Shown here in pieces: positions 1 to 13,107 of a DNA stretch of 57,112 bases. Within the stretch, counting starts at the first letter, position 1. Each line of letters begins with the position of its first letter. Location: assembly GCF_001447785.1 (NCBI RefSeq), contig NW_015169808.1:584403-641514 (forward strand), read 5' to 3'. The notes beneath the pieces were generated by a model that did not search any database, was not told where the DNA came from, and saw nothing but the letters and a program-made list of their open reading frames with translations. The DNA comes from Gekko japonicus. Lineage: Eukaryota. The position numbers and the translations under genes were made by a program.

Positions 1-1740
1 GCCAGGTCTTGATCCGTGCCCCTCTTGGCTCATTAAGGCGGGCCATGAGGGGTTTCGAGGTGCCTTGAGGGAGATTATCAACAAGTCCCTCTCGGAGGGG
101 CGGTTCCCCGAGGCACTCAAGGAAGCGATGGTCTGCCCACTCCTGAAAAAGCCAACNNNNNNNNNNNNNNNNNNNNNNNNNNNNNNNNNNNNNNNNNNNN
201 NNNNNNNNNNNNNNNNNNNNNNNNNNNNNNNNNNNNNNNNNNNNNNNNNNNNNNNNNNNNNNNNNNNNNNNNNNNNNNNNNNNNNNNNNNNNNNNNNNNN
301 NNNNNNNNNNNNNNNNNNNNNNNNNNNNNNNNNNNNNNNNNNNNGCCAGCTATCGGCCGGTGTCCAGTTTGCCCTATTTGGGCAAATTGATCGAGAGGGC
401 GGTGGCGACTCAGTTACAGGGCTTCCTAGATGACGCTTCCTTCCTCGATCCATACCAGTCTGGCTTTCGCCTGGGGTATGGGACGGAGACAGTGTTGGTT
501 GCCCTGACTGACGACCTCCGTAGACATCTGGATCAAGGCGGTGTGGTGGCGCTGTTGTTGCTAGATCTGTTGGCCGCATTTGATACGGTCGACCACCAGC
601 TGCTGGCCCACCGCCTTGCCGACGTGGGGATTCAGGGACTCGCCCGTCAATGGCTTGCAACCCAGAAGATCTTCACCGGGCCCTACAGGCCATGGCTGGG
701 TGGCTCAGGCTGAGCCGGTTGAAGCTGAACCCGGCGAAGAAGGAGGTCCTGTGTCTGGGTCGGGGTGGTATGGGATTGGGGCTCCCACTTCCGGCCTTCG
801 ATGGGGCTCCTCTTGTGCCAGCTTCGGAGGTTAAGAGTTTGGGGGTGCTCCTGGACCCCACCTTAATGATGGAGGCCCAGGTGGAGGCCACTGCCAGAGC
901 AGCCTTTTATCATCTTTGACTGGTGCGGCAGTTGGTCCACTTCCTTAGCCGCGGTGATCTGGCCACAGTGATCCATGCGACGGTCACCTCGAGGCTAGAC
1001 TACTGTAACACTCTCTACATGGGGATACCTTTTTCACTAATTCGGAGGCTGCAGCTGGTGCAGAATGTGGCGGCCAGGTTGTTGGTGGGTGCCCCTAAAT
1101 GGGAACACATCCAACCTGTGCTGAAGGTGCTGCACTGGCTGCCTATAGCATACCGGATTCGTTTCAAAGTGCTGGTGCTTACCTTTAGAGCCCTACATGG
1201 CCAGGGTCTGGCATACCTGAGAGACGGCCTTTCCCCATATAGGCCCCAAAGAGCACTTCGGTCGGGGTCACAACACCGCCTAGTGACCCCGGGCCCTAAA
1301 GAGGCCAGGCTAGCTACCACGAGGGCCAGGTCCTTTTCGGTGGTGGCTCCTACCTGGTGGAATGAGCTCCTGGAAGAGATCAGGGCCCTGCAGGACCTTT
1401 TACAGTTCCGCAGGGCCTGCAAGATGGAGCTCTTCCACCAGGCTTTTGAATAGGAGCCGCCGCCACCACTACCACCACCGTGTAACTGCAGAGCAGTACC
1501 ACCGGGTTGGGCCAATGGAGCAACTGGAACATCATGGCGCATGGCGTCCCCCTTCCTGACCTCCTCCTGATATGCAATGGGGAGTGTGTAATTATAGTCT
1601 TTCATGTATCCTGTTAGTTGTGAATTTTAGCTTCAACTGTTTTAATCTGTTTTATCTCTATTGCACTTTGTGTCTTGTAAACCGCCCTGAGCCTGCGTGT
1701 GGGGAGGGCGGGGTATAAATGAAATGAAATAAATAAATAA
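1..1740 (+). mobile_element. L2/CR1-group LINE, degenerate RT and 3' end, internally deleted
   Basis: Motifs DPCPSWL, QSGFR.GYGTET, LLDL.AAFDTVDH, LKLNP.K.E, SRLDYCN, LHWLP; in-frame stop at 917; 3' stem-loop ccgccct...agggcgg and (AAAT)n tail; PQGS/YADD segment missing near 655. Confidence 0.9.
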
Positions 1741-4041
1741 TCAAATCTATGGAACTTTCCTTTGTGCCACTTTCTCCTTCCTTGTGCCAGATTTTCCCAT
1801 TAAGCTTACATAATCTTAACATTGTTTTTGACGTAATTGTATAAAAAATTGGGAGTATCATCAATGAAAATGATTGAAATGAAGAAAGTTTGCAATAATA
1901 TAACTGCCACACCAAGAAACAAAACTATAAGAAATTTTTCTGATCACTATTTTGAGAAGCTACAGAAAGTAAAATTCGGGCACAAATATCTGTTCTTCGA
2001 GGGGGGCCTTGCGCAAGGGACATTTATTGGCAAGTGTGAAATACTTTAAGAAGAATGACCAAGAATGAATGTGGCATGAACAAATGAGCATCAAGCATAG
2101 CTCCTCTGTAGTCACACAGCAGTGAGAGTGGCATGGAAGTGGAAATACGTTCTCTCCAGCTTTGTCCATAGTGAGATACCCTGAATTTGGCTCATTTTAC
2201 AAGGATTTACTCATGGTAGCCCACTTCTCTATATGTTCCCACTATTTTAGTGGGCATTTTCACTTGTCTTTTATGTAAAAGGGTAAAGACATTTAATTTC
2301 TAGGACAGCAGTGTGTCTCAAAATTCTTTTATGTTATGCAAATTAGGAAAATATGTTGGCATCTGACCTTAGACTGTTATGCCAGCAAAACTGCCTGCTT
2401 AGTTGCTGTATTTGCTGTTTTTGCAACTCATGAGATTAAGTTACTTGATGCAGTTCTAGCTCAGAAGAGAAAATGTTGTGGGACTTATTGGAAACTGCCG
2501 GGGGGGGGGGGGGGAGCACAGAAGTTGGATGGCTTTGTATATAAGCAATCTCTTTTAAAAATAATCAGTAGCTGTAAAATTTAGTACAACCACTTAAAAA
2601 GAGCAAAGGATCAAAACAAACAACACCTAAACAGAGTTCATGCTTGCTGTCCTCCTGGAACCATAGTTAAAAAACGATTACGTAGCTAACTTGGTTATTT
2701 GGTCTCTGTTGGACATAATTAAATTAGTTTCGGCAACATCCTGATTCTTCAGCATTACCAAGGAATGATTCATCTTGCTCTTTATGCATTCCATTTATGC
2801 TCAGATGTTCTTTGGAGCATACTTCCAGCAGTTATTACATGCAGTCTTCCTTTGACTTGGGCAAACTTTTAAAGCGGTCACTCCCCAAGTGCTCCATTAA
2901 AGTTACTAAGCAAGAATGTTTAGCTATGATTTTCATAAGCCTGTTCCACCCGTATTTCAAAAACAATGCAATTGAAACTTATTTGGAAATATAAACTATT
3001 CAGGAAACCCAAACCATAGACATTAGCATATGAATAATAGTAAAATAAAATATATTAACACTATTTTAAAAACATAAAGTTTTAACTTCACATTAGAAAA
3101 AATGCTCCAGCCTTTTTTGTTCATTTTTTCCTTCCCCAAACATAGTGGACATGCTCACTGAGGCCATAACACTTCAAGAGCAGCATAGTGTTTTCTCATT
3201 ATCTAAACTAAAATCTTGTGCATGCTTTTCTGCGCTTGAAGTGTGGTCAAATAGAATTAGTTCTGGCAAAAACTTCAAAAGAGATGATATGATCCAATTT
3301 CACAGGGTTTGATGATCCCATGGAACAGTTCCACTCTAGGAATAGCTCTTGTGCAAGCGGAAATAAAAAATCATCACAAGCAGCCCTTGTTCTAAGTCGA
3401 CCTGACTGTATCCCATCTTGTGTTTCCCTTGGAGCAAGACTTAGTGCAGGTTATATCTCAGGAAAACCTCCTCTCCCCCCCCCCCCCCGTGACGTTCATT
3501 GATCAATTTGTATCACCAGTCCACATAGGACTGTAATGAATGCATCAGATAGCCTTTGCCTCGATTTTTATACACAGCAGCAGTGATTGGAAATGAAAAA
3601 CAGTACTTGATCTTACAATAGTTCTTTCAAATGGAACAGCACTCAGTAAAACTTTTCTCCCTCTGTCACATGCCAGGATCCAATCCATAATGTCCTCCTG
3701 AAAAAGAGTACTTTTTGGAGACATTAATGCATTTATTATTGCCTTATGCCTTATTGTTCTGGATTTTGTTGACGACATCTCCTTTCATTTTTTTCAAGGC
3801 AACCTTGTTGAGCTCTTGTTTGTATCCTATAGGTAAGTTTGTCAAAGGAGTTGGCAAACCTAGTATTTCCTTCTGTGTATCCCAAAAGCCCTCTGCTGCC
3901 AGTCACGGTACCCCCCCCCCATATCAGTGAGGAAGAGGGATCAAGTAAAATAGGATCTGTCTCTCACTTCTGCTATTGGAGACTTTGTGCCACTGTTGGT
4001 GTCTGTGCATGTTACAGGGGTTGATTTCATCCAGTTCGCCC

Positions 4042-4682
4042 TGTGATGGATGGGAAAAGGCCCTGCCCTTTCTGGAAACAAACACCAGTCCCCTTTAGTT
4101 CTGTTTGATGTGTGAGCAGAGCAGGTAGCATCCAGTCAGGATCCTTGGAAGGGAGGAGGAGCCAGATGGGAGTGGGAAATGAGAGAAAGAGGAGACTCCC
4201 CCAGTTTTTAGTTAGATAGGGCTTGTGACTCCAGAGTGACGGGCTAAAGAGGTCCTGTCTCAGGGGATTCCAAAAGTATCCAACTCTGTCTGCCTTTTGA
4301 GTGGGAACAGGTAAAAGCAGTAAAGTGGTGGAGATAGAATTTTGCCTCCAGAGGACTGGGCTGAAATAAATCCTTTGCTAGGAGACTGTGGTGTTTTAGA
4401 GTCTAATATCTGGGGCAAACATGGCAGTTGACTGCTCAATGCACCCCTAAATTATAATCTGTAAATTTATAAATGAGCTGGCTTTCAACAAGACTGCTAT
4501 ACCTGTATACAGTTTCTGTCCTCTTACTGCAAGGGTCCCTATCCCAGGGGGTAAAGCGAAGTTACTGTCTTTACCTGTTCCCCTTATGGGTGCTGGACTT
4601 GGTACATTCAGAAACCACGTGGGTTAAGTCCGTTGGGTAGAGTGTTGGGGTACAGACTGGACCTGTCAAGCTTCCCATCACA
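4042..4682. mobile_element. Possible solo LTR (~640 bp)
   Basis: Perfect 8-bp inverted termini TGTGATGG...CCATCACA (TG..CA) and internal AATAAA; no clean TSD. Confidence 0.4.
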
Positions 4683-5281
4683 CTTCCTCTGTTTCAGCGT
4701 CAATTAAGGCTCTGACCCTTAAAGTCCCTTTACTGCAGTCTGCCATGCTGTGGTCCAGGACTCTCTGTGGAGGATTTTCAGGGCATTCTGGGAAAGGGCA
4801 AGGCAGGAAGTCTTGCTCCTCCAACACTTTCCATAAGCAGTTATAGGATCCACTTCTAAATTATTTCTTAAGGTACTGATTAGCTTCTTCACATGGATTT
4901 GTTGTATATCTTTATTTAAATCTTCTCTTGCTGTAGGCTTGTTGATGTTGACTTTTTATGTAGAAAAATCAACATAAATTCATATCTAAAAATATTCAGG
5001 ATTGAGGGCAGGAATTGCAGCGTGCAGAATTCATTATGCTTTTCCTCATTTGTGTCCTCTCACCTTCAGCATCACAAATCCTGTTTTCCTCCCTTCTTTC
5101 CACCTATCCTCCTTCTTTAATTTTCTCTCCTTTTTCCTTTTTCTGGAGCTTTTGTTTAAAGCTAATTGGAACCATCACATATGGAAGGAGATGTGAAGCA
5201 CGGTGGAAAGGAGGGTGAGCTGTAGATGTTGATCAACATGATGTGCAACTTGTATTTGTCATAAAGATTTAGCCCGGTAAC

Positions 5282-5522
5282 CAATGCTACTTCTAAGCTA
5301 TGGAGTCACAAAAACCAATGCTACTTCTAAGCTATGGAGTCTTATGAGCAAAAATTCTACTTTGTGAGCTACTGGCATTAAAGTTGTGAGCAAGCAATTT
5401 GGCTACTGCATAAGTTAGTATACTCTGGAGCTATTCTTCCTGAGCTAAGTCAAAAATATGTGAGCTGGAGGCTAAAAAAACTTTGAGCTAGCTCACACTA
5501 ACTCAGCTTAGAGGGAACACTG
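5282..5522. mobile_element. hAT-type MITE (TIR CAGTGTTCCCTCTAAGCT-like) with duplicated 5' end
   Basis: Inverted ends caatgctacttctaagct / agcttagagggaacactg; imperfect 8-bp TSD ccggtaac/ccagtgac; second copy at 26272-26455. Confidence 0.7.
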
Positions 5523-5951
5523 CCAGTGACCACTGGCTAAAGTATTAGATTTCTAGAGTCATAAAAGAGAACCTTTTTCGTTCTAAGTAAAACCCTTTAG
5601 TAGCAGCTTAAAACTTCTGAAGAGGAAAAACTGGTGTGAACAGAAGATTTGAAAGGACATACCCAGTAATGATTTTGGCTTTCATTTATGCTGCATTGTG
5701 GGAATCCCACTTGACTATAGCAATGGACGATAGTACTCAAATGCTACAAGAAATGGAGCCAGGTGCTCATCTGGGAACTGCTCTGTAGTAGCAGATATAC
5801 AGCTGCCAAGCTGTGAGCTGCAGAACAGGCATTTACCTTCGTTCACATGCATCAAAATGGTGATTATGTAGTTGAACCTGTTGCTGGTGGGTCTTCTTTA
5901 GTTCTTCCATCCTTTCTCCTTTTCCACCTGAAGCAGCGTGTGCTGGCTGTT

Positions 5952-7167
5952 GCCTGAGACCAATTGAAGGCTTTCGGATACAGGTTTTGTTGTATGGTTG
6001 CTTTTGTTTATAGTAAGAAGGACAATCCACACCAAAGCAGATGCCCTTTATTCTGTTGACTTGTATAAAATATAACTCAATTCAGCAACTCACTTCAGTG
6101 CAATTAAATAAAAAACTCTGAGCTCCCTTTAGGATAGTATCAGAGGACAGCTGTGATGGTCTGCAGTAGAACAGCTGGAGTCCAGTCCAGTAGTCCCTTA
6201 GAAACCAACAAGATTTGGGGGGGGGGGGGGGTTACGCNNNNNNNNNNNNNNNNNNNNNNNNNNNNNNNNNNNNNNNNNNNNNNNNNNNNNNNNNNNNNNN
6301 NNNNNNNNNNNNNNNNNNNNNNNNNNNNNNNNNNNNNNNNNNNNNNNNNNNNNNNNNNNNNNNNNNNNNNNNNNNNNNNNNNNNNNNNNNNNNNNNNNNN
6401 NNNNNNNNNNNNNNNNNNNNNNNNNNNNNNNNNNNNNNNNNNNNNNNNNNNNNNNNNNNNNNNNNNNNNNNNNNNNNNNNNNNNNNNNNNNNNNNNNNNN
6501 NNNNNNNNNNNNNNNNNNNNNNNNNNNNNNNNNNNNNNNNNNNNNNNNNNNNNNNNNNNNNNNNNNNNNNNNNNNNNNNNNNNNNNNNNNNNNNNNNNNN
6601 NNNNNNNNNNNNNNNNNNNNNNNNNNNNNNNNNNNNNNNNNNNNNNNNNNNNNNNNNNNNNNNTCTCCCCAAAATACCCGCCATGTTTCAGGAACATTGA
6701 ACCAGGGGGTCCAATTCTACGGGCCCCCAAACAGGTTGCCCCATCCCCTCCATTGTTCTCTATGGTGGGGAAAAAGTTACTTTTTCCCACCATAGAGAAC
6801 AATGGAGGGAATAGGCCATCAGCGCCTATGGCGGAAGAGCCACACTCAAGGGGCCAAAGAGCCGCGTGTGGCTCTAGAGCCGCAGTTTGCCTACCACCGC
6901 CTGAGACCATTTGAAGGCTTGCGGATACAGGTTTTGTTGTATGGTTGCTTTTGTTTATAGTAAGAAGGACAATCCACACCAAAGCAGATGCCCTTTATTC
7001 TGTTGACTTGTATAAAATATAACTCAATTCAGCAACTCACTTCAGTGCAATTAAATAAAAAACTCTGAGCTCCCTTTAGGATAGTATCAGAGGACAGCTG
7101 TGATGGTCTGCAGTAGAACAGCTGGAGTCCAGTCCAGTAGTCCCTTAGAAACCAACAAGATTTGGGA
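5952..7167 (+). repeat. ~270-bp direct duplication (5952-6220 and 6899-7167) flanking an N gap and a hAT-type MITE end (6664-6898)
   Basis: Near-identical copies read directly; 6899 backwards reads cggtggtaggcaaactgcggctctagagcc, a hAT-like terminus. Confidence 0.75.
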
Positions 7168-7290
7168 GGTGCTGGGGGGGGTTTAACCTTTCAAGAGTCA
7201 AAGCTTCCTTCATCAGATTCTACCTGAGCTGCCTTTGTTTTTCTCTCTCTTACATGAGGCTTTAAGTATTTTTTTTTTCCCCCTTTGCAG

Positions 7291-7362
7291 ACGACGGTTG
7301 ATTTCCCAGAGGTCTTCACTGGAGACTTTGGAAGACATCGAGGAAAATGCTCCCTTACGGCG
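7291..7362 (+). CDS. CABLES1: CABLES1 coding exon (probably exon 2), 72 nt, RRLISQRSSLETLEDIEENAPLRR
   Basis: Polypyrimidine tract + CAG acceptor at 7288-7290, GTAATT donor at 7363; peptide matches the recalled vertebrate CABLES1 sequence; phase 2-2. Confidence 0.93.
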
Positions 7363-7397
7363 GTAATTGTACATAGTGACTGTGTGTTTTGTCAAGA

Positions 7398-7518
7398 TGG
7401 GTAGTCGTGTTAGCCTGTGTGTAGCAGCAGGAAAGAGCAAGAGTCCAGTAGCACCTTAAAGACTAACAAATTTGTGGTAGGGTATGAGCTTTCGTGAGTC
7501 ACTGCTCACTTCAGATGC
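7398..7518. mobile_element. Short Penelope-like terminal repeat fragment
   Basis: gagtccagtagcaccttaaagactaacaaa...gagctttcgtgagtc motif common in reptile genomes; related bits at ~6140-6215, 7090-7215 and 37995-38075. Confidence 0.5.
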
Positions 7519-7733
7519 CATGCGTTTTGTGCTTTTCTGGAATGCATGTAACAGCACATTGCTGTCTTTGGCACATCTATTCAATAAGAACAATGATCAG
7601 TTTGCATCCACTGAATCAAATCTTCAATGACAATATTTCTGTGAACCAAATTTAGTGCCAAATGCATATGATTTTTCTTTTATATGAGAATCTTAGAACT
7701 AATTCAGCTCACTAGATGAAAAATGTGGTACAT

Positions 7734-7924
7734 GAAGAAGAAGAGAAGAGATTGGATGATGTATACCCCGCCCTTCACTTGGAGCCTCAGAGCGGCTTAC
7801 AAACTCCTCTCCCTTCCCCTCCCCACAACAGACACCCTGTGAGGTGGGTGGGGCTGAGAGAACTCTGACACAAACTGCTCTTTTTCAAGGACAGCTGTGC
7901 CAGAGCTTGCGACTGACCCAAGGT
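7734..7924 (-). mobile_element. tRNA-derived SINE (Squam3-like), 5'-truncated
   Basis: Near-identical to the 29748-30030 copy; (TTC)n tail. Confidence 0.75.
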
Positions 7925-8424
7925 GAACTAGAGTCTAGGCATTCAAACTCAAGTCTAGAGAGGCAATCTGTTGGATGAGTACTGTAGGGCTGTAGAGAAA
8001 AGGTGATGCCTCATATACAGGAAAGCTGTGGAGATCTGGGCCACAGGGAAGAGAGAGTATGCAGAACAAGGTACAGAAAGTGATGCTTAGGAACCCTGTG
8101 GGTAAGTTGAAGCAGAAGGCAAAGGTGTGGTTTATGTGTCTGTGTTGCACAATAGACGACATAGGTGTGGTGTGATTTCATGAGCATGTATAGGTAGTTT
8201 TCTCTTAAGGAAGTTGCATTCTTTGCAACAAATGCTAAATAGTTCATTTTACACCTTTCCCTGTGATGGCCTCCAGTCATGTTCCCAGCAGTACAGAATA
8301 TACTGCTTTGTAAGACTGACTATTAGTCTTCATCTTGAACATAGCTAAGGAGCAGACAAAGTTTGAACAAGTGCAATCACAAACACAGTCAGTTGACCTC
8401 TGAGTTGTTTTCTTTATTTCATAA

Positions 8425-8610
8425 ACATAAGAAGCTGCCTCTACTGAGTGAGACGACAGTGTTGTCTACTCTGACAGGCAGCAGTTCTCCAGTGTGTCAT
8501 GCAGAGGTCTTTCACATCACCTACCACCTGGTCCTTTAAACTGAGGATTGAACCTAAGAACCTAAGACCTTCTGCATACAAAGCATATGCTGCACCACTA
8601 AACCATGGAC
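8425..8610 (-). mobile_element. Older tRNA-derived SINE
   Basis: Minus strand begins with a tRNA-like head (tggtttagtggtgcagcat...ggttcaatcc) and ends in a ttcttatg tail. Confidence 0.5.
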
Positions 8611-11491
8611 CTATCCCAAGTAACATAAAAAAGTACAAATAGAGGAGCTCTTTGCAAAATAAAGGGGACCCTCGTAGTGTAAAAATACTGTCTGAGGAAT
8701 GGGTACAAGTCAGTGGTTCTGAATCACCACCTGATCGCTTAAAGGCATTCTCTGATTACCAGCAGCAGCCAGGCAAAACTGTTACCATCCATCCTGTTTC
8801 CTTCCCCGTTGTGTCTACATCCACCGTTATCTAAATGTTCAAGAGTATACCATGTTACTCCCACTGCTTCTTCCATTCTCCCTTGGAAGGACTAGGAGAC
8901 CCAGATGTGGGGGAACTCCCGTCCCTCCATTTTTGGTGGCAGGAAGTCCAGCTTTATTGTTCCAGAGGGGAGGCTCCCCCATCTCCCCTTCAGTCCTCTC
9001 TTCCTGCCTAGGGAGAAGGTGGTGTTTGGAGAGAGCTCTTTAAGTGGTTTTGTTTTCAGAGCTCTCTTTGAAGTCCAGCGTCTTGGTTTACAGCATTCAT
9101 CCTTATCTTCAGTGATCTCCCCTATCTTGCAAAGCCATTAAGGCAACTGTGCTTTGGCTCAGGAGAGCTCAGGGGATTTTGCAGCTTTGCAATGCTGCAC
9201 AGAAGCAGCAGGGGAGCTGGGCAATGGGGCTGTCAGCGGGATCTTCCGTGTTCTGTGCTGCAGGAAATATTATGTGCCCAGCAGAGCTCCCAGGGCCCTG
9301 TATTGGGACATTGAGCTCTTCCCAAATCATTCTCCTCTTCCCCCTCTTCCTCTGTGAGTAAGTGGGTAAGGGATGAGGTGGCAGCGAGTGCCAGAGGGAG
9401 GGGGCACTCTTCCTTTTGCCAGAATGTGACCATGCCTTTCCCCCCTGCACTAGGGTTGAGCAAGGCGGCATCGGAAGTGGAGCAGGAGTACTCTGATCCA
9501 TTCCCCCCCCCCAGGGCTTCCAGGGGGCTTCCAGTGGTGGTTGGAATCTTTTATAGAAGGGTCTGTGGGCAGAAAGGATTGCAGTAGCCACAAGCACCAG
9601 TGCTCCTCCCCCGCGGTTAATCCAGTAGTATTAAGTGGTATAAGAAGCTGCCCTTTAGAGTGGGAGGGGGACAGGATCCAACCAAGGTCCTCATCCAGCC
9701 TGCATGAAAGCAAGCGTTGATTGTTACATGTTACAAATAGACTGTTAAGTTACTCATGAGTAGACCACCAAGTTTGGACGATTCCCCTGTTCTCTCCAGT
9801 AGTGACCCTGTCCTGTCCAAAAAGGAGGAAGGTTAGATCAGTGATGAGGGTCACCCCCCCCTCCCAAGCCCAAGAAGCCTTTTGCCGCCAAAGTCTTCCT
9901 TCATCTTTTGCTCCTGCTCTAAATTTCCTGAAACTTTCTACTCCTGCGGTGGATCTTCCACATCAGGAGGAAGGCGTTCCTGACTCGGAGAGGGTCTAGG
10001 AGGTTATGGCCAGCTCTACTAGTGGACTCTGTCTTGCCCTTCCTTAAGGTTATCTGGCCAGGTACTGAGAAATGAATAGGATGAGCCTATTCACTTCAGG
10101 TTTCAGGTGGTTCAGGCTAAGAAGTGTCATGCCTGCCCATCTTCAGCGGACTAACTCCTGCGTAGCCCAGTGTGGATGCTACTGTGGCCAATATGGCTTC
10201 TGAATCACTGACCCATGGAGGGAGGAGGGGCACTTAAAGAAGCTGCAGTCTGTGGGAGTGGCACAGCCCTGTGCAGAGCCCGTTGAAACCAGTGCCCTCT
10301 CTACCTAGGCTTCAGCAGCTTAGTGCCTTTTTAGCCTGTATGTCATTCCTTGGGCTGTGCAAGATGCAGAGAAAGGTTTCTGATGCCCCCCTAATTTGGG
10401 TCTTCAGCTAGAGGTCGCCTCACCTCCTACTTCCCAAGGGCCGAGAGGGTCCTGGCTTTTGTAGGTGATACTACCTTGGCTGCTGTGCAGTTTGGCAAGG
10501 GCCATTGGCGCTACTGTTGCTGCCAAGTGCACCTTTTGGCTGAGAAACTGGTTGATGGAAGCTTCAGCCAAGACCATAGTGGCATTGTACCCCTTCAAGG
10601 GTTACATGTTCTTGGGGAACAACCTAGAAGGTATTCTAATTGAGACTAAACAGAAGAACAAGGTCCTCCCACTCTCAGAGCATAGGATCTCCAGGAGAGG
10701 ATCCAGACATTTGGGCTCTTCCTCTGTGGTCTCTAGGGCATTTGGACCTTCTAGGAACCCCCAGGTCTACAACAGATTTTTTTGGACTCTTCCTACAGGT
10801 TCCAGCCTTCATTGTCTAGTTCCCACTCAGGCAGTACTGCACCCTCCAAGGATAAAGTGCGATGCCCCAGTTAGAGCTGATGCCTTTCCTCAGGGTGGGA
10901 AGTCAACTGCAAGAATTCAACGTTCAGTGGGTACAGTCTGTTTAGGATCAGTGGGTCCTCTGGGTAGTTTTTTTGGGTCTTCAGCTAGAGCTCGCTACAC
11001 CTCCAAGAAGATTCCTGCAGTCTCCTCTGTCTTCCAGTCAGACGTTTTCAGTGAGTTCTTCAAGCTCCAACATCATAATGAGCTAGGGGACATAGAATTG
11101 ATTACCTCAAATATGTGTTGTTTAGGATATGTGTGGTTTAGGTGTATACTCAATCTTTTTCATCATTCCAAATGGGAAATGACCCAGTCTCTAAACCAGC
11201 CACTGGAGCTCATTCAGTTCTGGATGGGAACTCTTTAATCCATTGTAGAAATTCTGAACAGGGGCATTTCTTGTTTATCACCATGATAGACCTCACTAAG
11301 ATGTATCTTTACATTCCATGTTGGCTTCTATTTTGGAAGTTTTTCAGATTTTCAGTTTGGGACTGGCGCTTCCAATTTCAGGCAGTGCCATTTTTGGTCT
11401 GGCATTGGCTCCCAGATCCTTCACCAAATTGATTGTATCATTAGTGGCCGCTCTTTGGAGGAGCAGCCTCCATTCTTACCTTTATCTAGCT

Positions 11492-11854
11492 TTGGGGTGT
11501 CAAACATAAAGCCCATGAGCAGCTGGTGCAAGAGAACAGAAGACTGCTGGGGAGGGGAGTGGGCAGAGCCACTCCAGTTGTGGCTTCAGAATGGTGGAAC
11601 AAGCTCATCTGCAGCAGTCAAGCAGTGTGGGAGCATCTGCCCAGTGCTACACTGCTGGCTTTCCAGTCCACCCATTCTTTTTTCTCTGTAACCTCACCCA
11701 GCACATAGAGCCTTGCAGTGTGAATAAAACATCTCTGAGCTTACGAGCTGCTGTCCTTTATATGCTGTTTATCTCTATGGTACCTGGCGTTACGTTTTAT
11801 GGCACACATGGTCCGCTGCAACGAAGTGACATTTACGTCAGATTGACACCCCTG
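11492..11854. mobile_element. hAT (Charlie-like) MITE nested in the DIRS RT
   Basis: TIRs ggggtgtcaa / ttgacacccctg; 8-bp TSD atctagct (11484-11491) / atctagat (11855-11862). Confidence 0.8.
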
Positions 11855-12222
11855 ATCTAGATGACCTTCAGCTGAGCAGGCCCTCCACAGAGAATGGAGC
11901 TGAGGACCTGCAGAGAACAATAATCCTTCTTCGGTGACATGGGTTCGTGATCAACTCTGAGAAGAGCCATTTGTCACACACTCTAGTATTAACTCACTTG
12001 GGGTTGGTGATAGAAGCATTGGAGGGAAAACATTTCCTTCCACCAGACTAGGCACAGCCAGATAACTGCCTTGGCTCAGCGAGTTCCATCTCAGCCTACC
12101 TCAGGCATCATGTTCCTTTTGGGTCCCCTTGCGCCACATGATCTCTACCACTGAAATGGTCCCATGGACAAAAACACTCTTGAGAGATCTGCAGTGGCTA
12201 ATTCTTCCCTGGCAGATGTCAG

Positions 12223-13107
12223 TGTCAAGGTTTCTCTCTCTCACCCCAGTCCAGGGATGGGAGAGAAACCAAGCATTCATCAACAATTAAACAAACCCCT
12301 GGAGAATGTCTGTACACTCTCCAGGCTTTACCAGTAGTCTGCCACCAGGATCTCTCTTTAAAAAGTCCCCCACCAAAGCTCAGGAACAGAGATCCCAAAC
12401 TCCTTCTTGCTTACCAGCTCTGTACCAGGGCTGCAAACAATTAATTAACACAGTGGTAGCCTTAGGCGAAACGGCTTAGACACAAGATTCAGTCTTAGAA
12501 ATCAGGTTGCAACAGAGGAAACAAGTCCAGATAATATTGATTATATATTATCTTTATTCAGTGCAAGCATGCATATAACAATAGACTAGCAAAAGATAAT
12601 AAAACAAATGATATCTATAGCTTGTTCAGCTCTAACTATACAGTAGAGGTAGTTCATAGTTACCAGGCTGGTGTGCAAATAGTCCAAAGTCTCACCAGGG
12701 AATCTTGAAAATGAACCCCATGGTGCTGTGGGCCGCCAAATCCAACTTGGCTGCCTAATAGTCTCACTCCATGTTAACAGCAGTCAGTCAGTCCAAAAGA
12801 ACTCCAGCAAGGAACTCTCTGTTTCCAGCGAGGAACTCCCTTTTCCCATATGGATCATTGCTGATATACCCCCCCCTCCGTCACCACCAGGTATGGCCAT
12901 TTACCCAATAGTGAGCGAGTGGGGAGGGGTGTCCAATCTCTGGTTACCATGCGTTGTCAGGCAAGGTATGTTTTGATTGGCTAGGAGTTGGGCATCCCAC
13001 TCCAGCCTCTTCCATTGACCATGCGTCATGTCAGGGAATGCTTTTGATGTGCTAATGTACTGGGCATAACTCGTCCCATGCTTGGGAAGGCGCCAGCAAG
13101 CCTGACA
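12223..13107 (-). mobile_element. Probable solo LTR nested in the DIRS RT/RNase H linker
   Basis: TGTCA..TGACA inverted termini; on the minus strand CCAAT (12980-12976), TATA-like (~12866) and AATAAA (12558-12553) occur in U3-R-U5 order. Confidence 0.65.

Noticed and set aside
1015-1605. 196-aa minus-strand ORF
   Set aside because: Antisense shadow of the GC-rich L2 ORF
10465-11238. 257-aa ORF as a host or domesticated gene
   Set aside because: It lies within the DIRS, resembles gag only in part and drifts out of frame; neighbouring domains are full of stops
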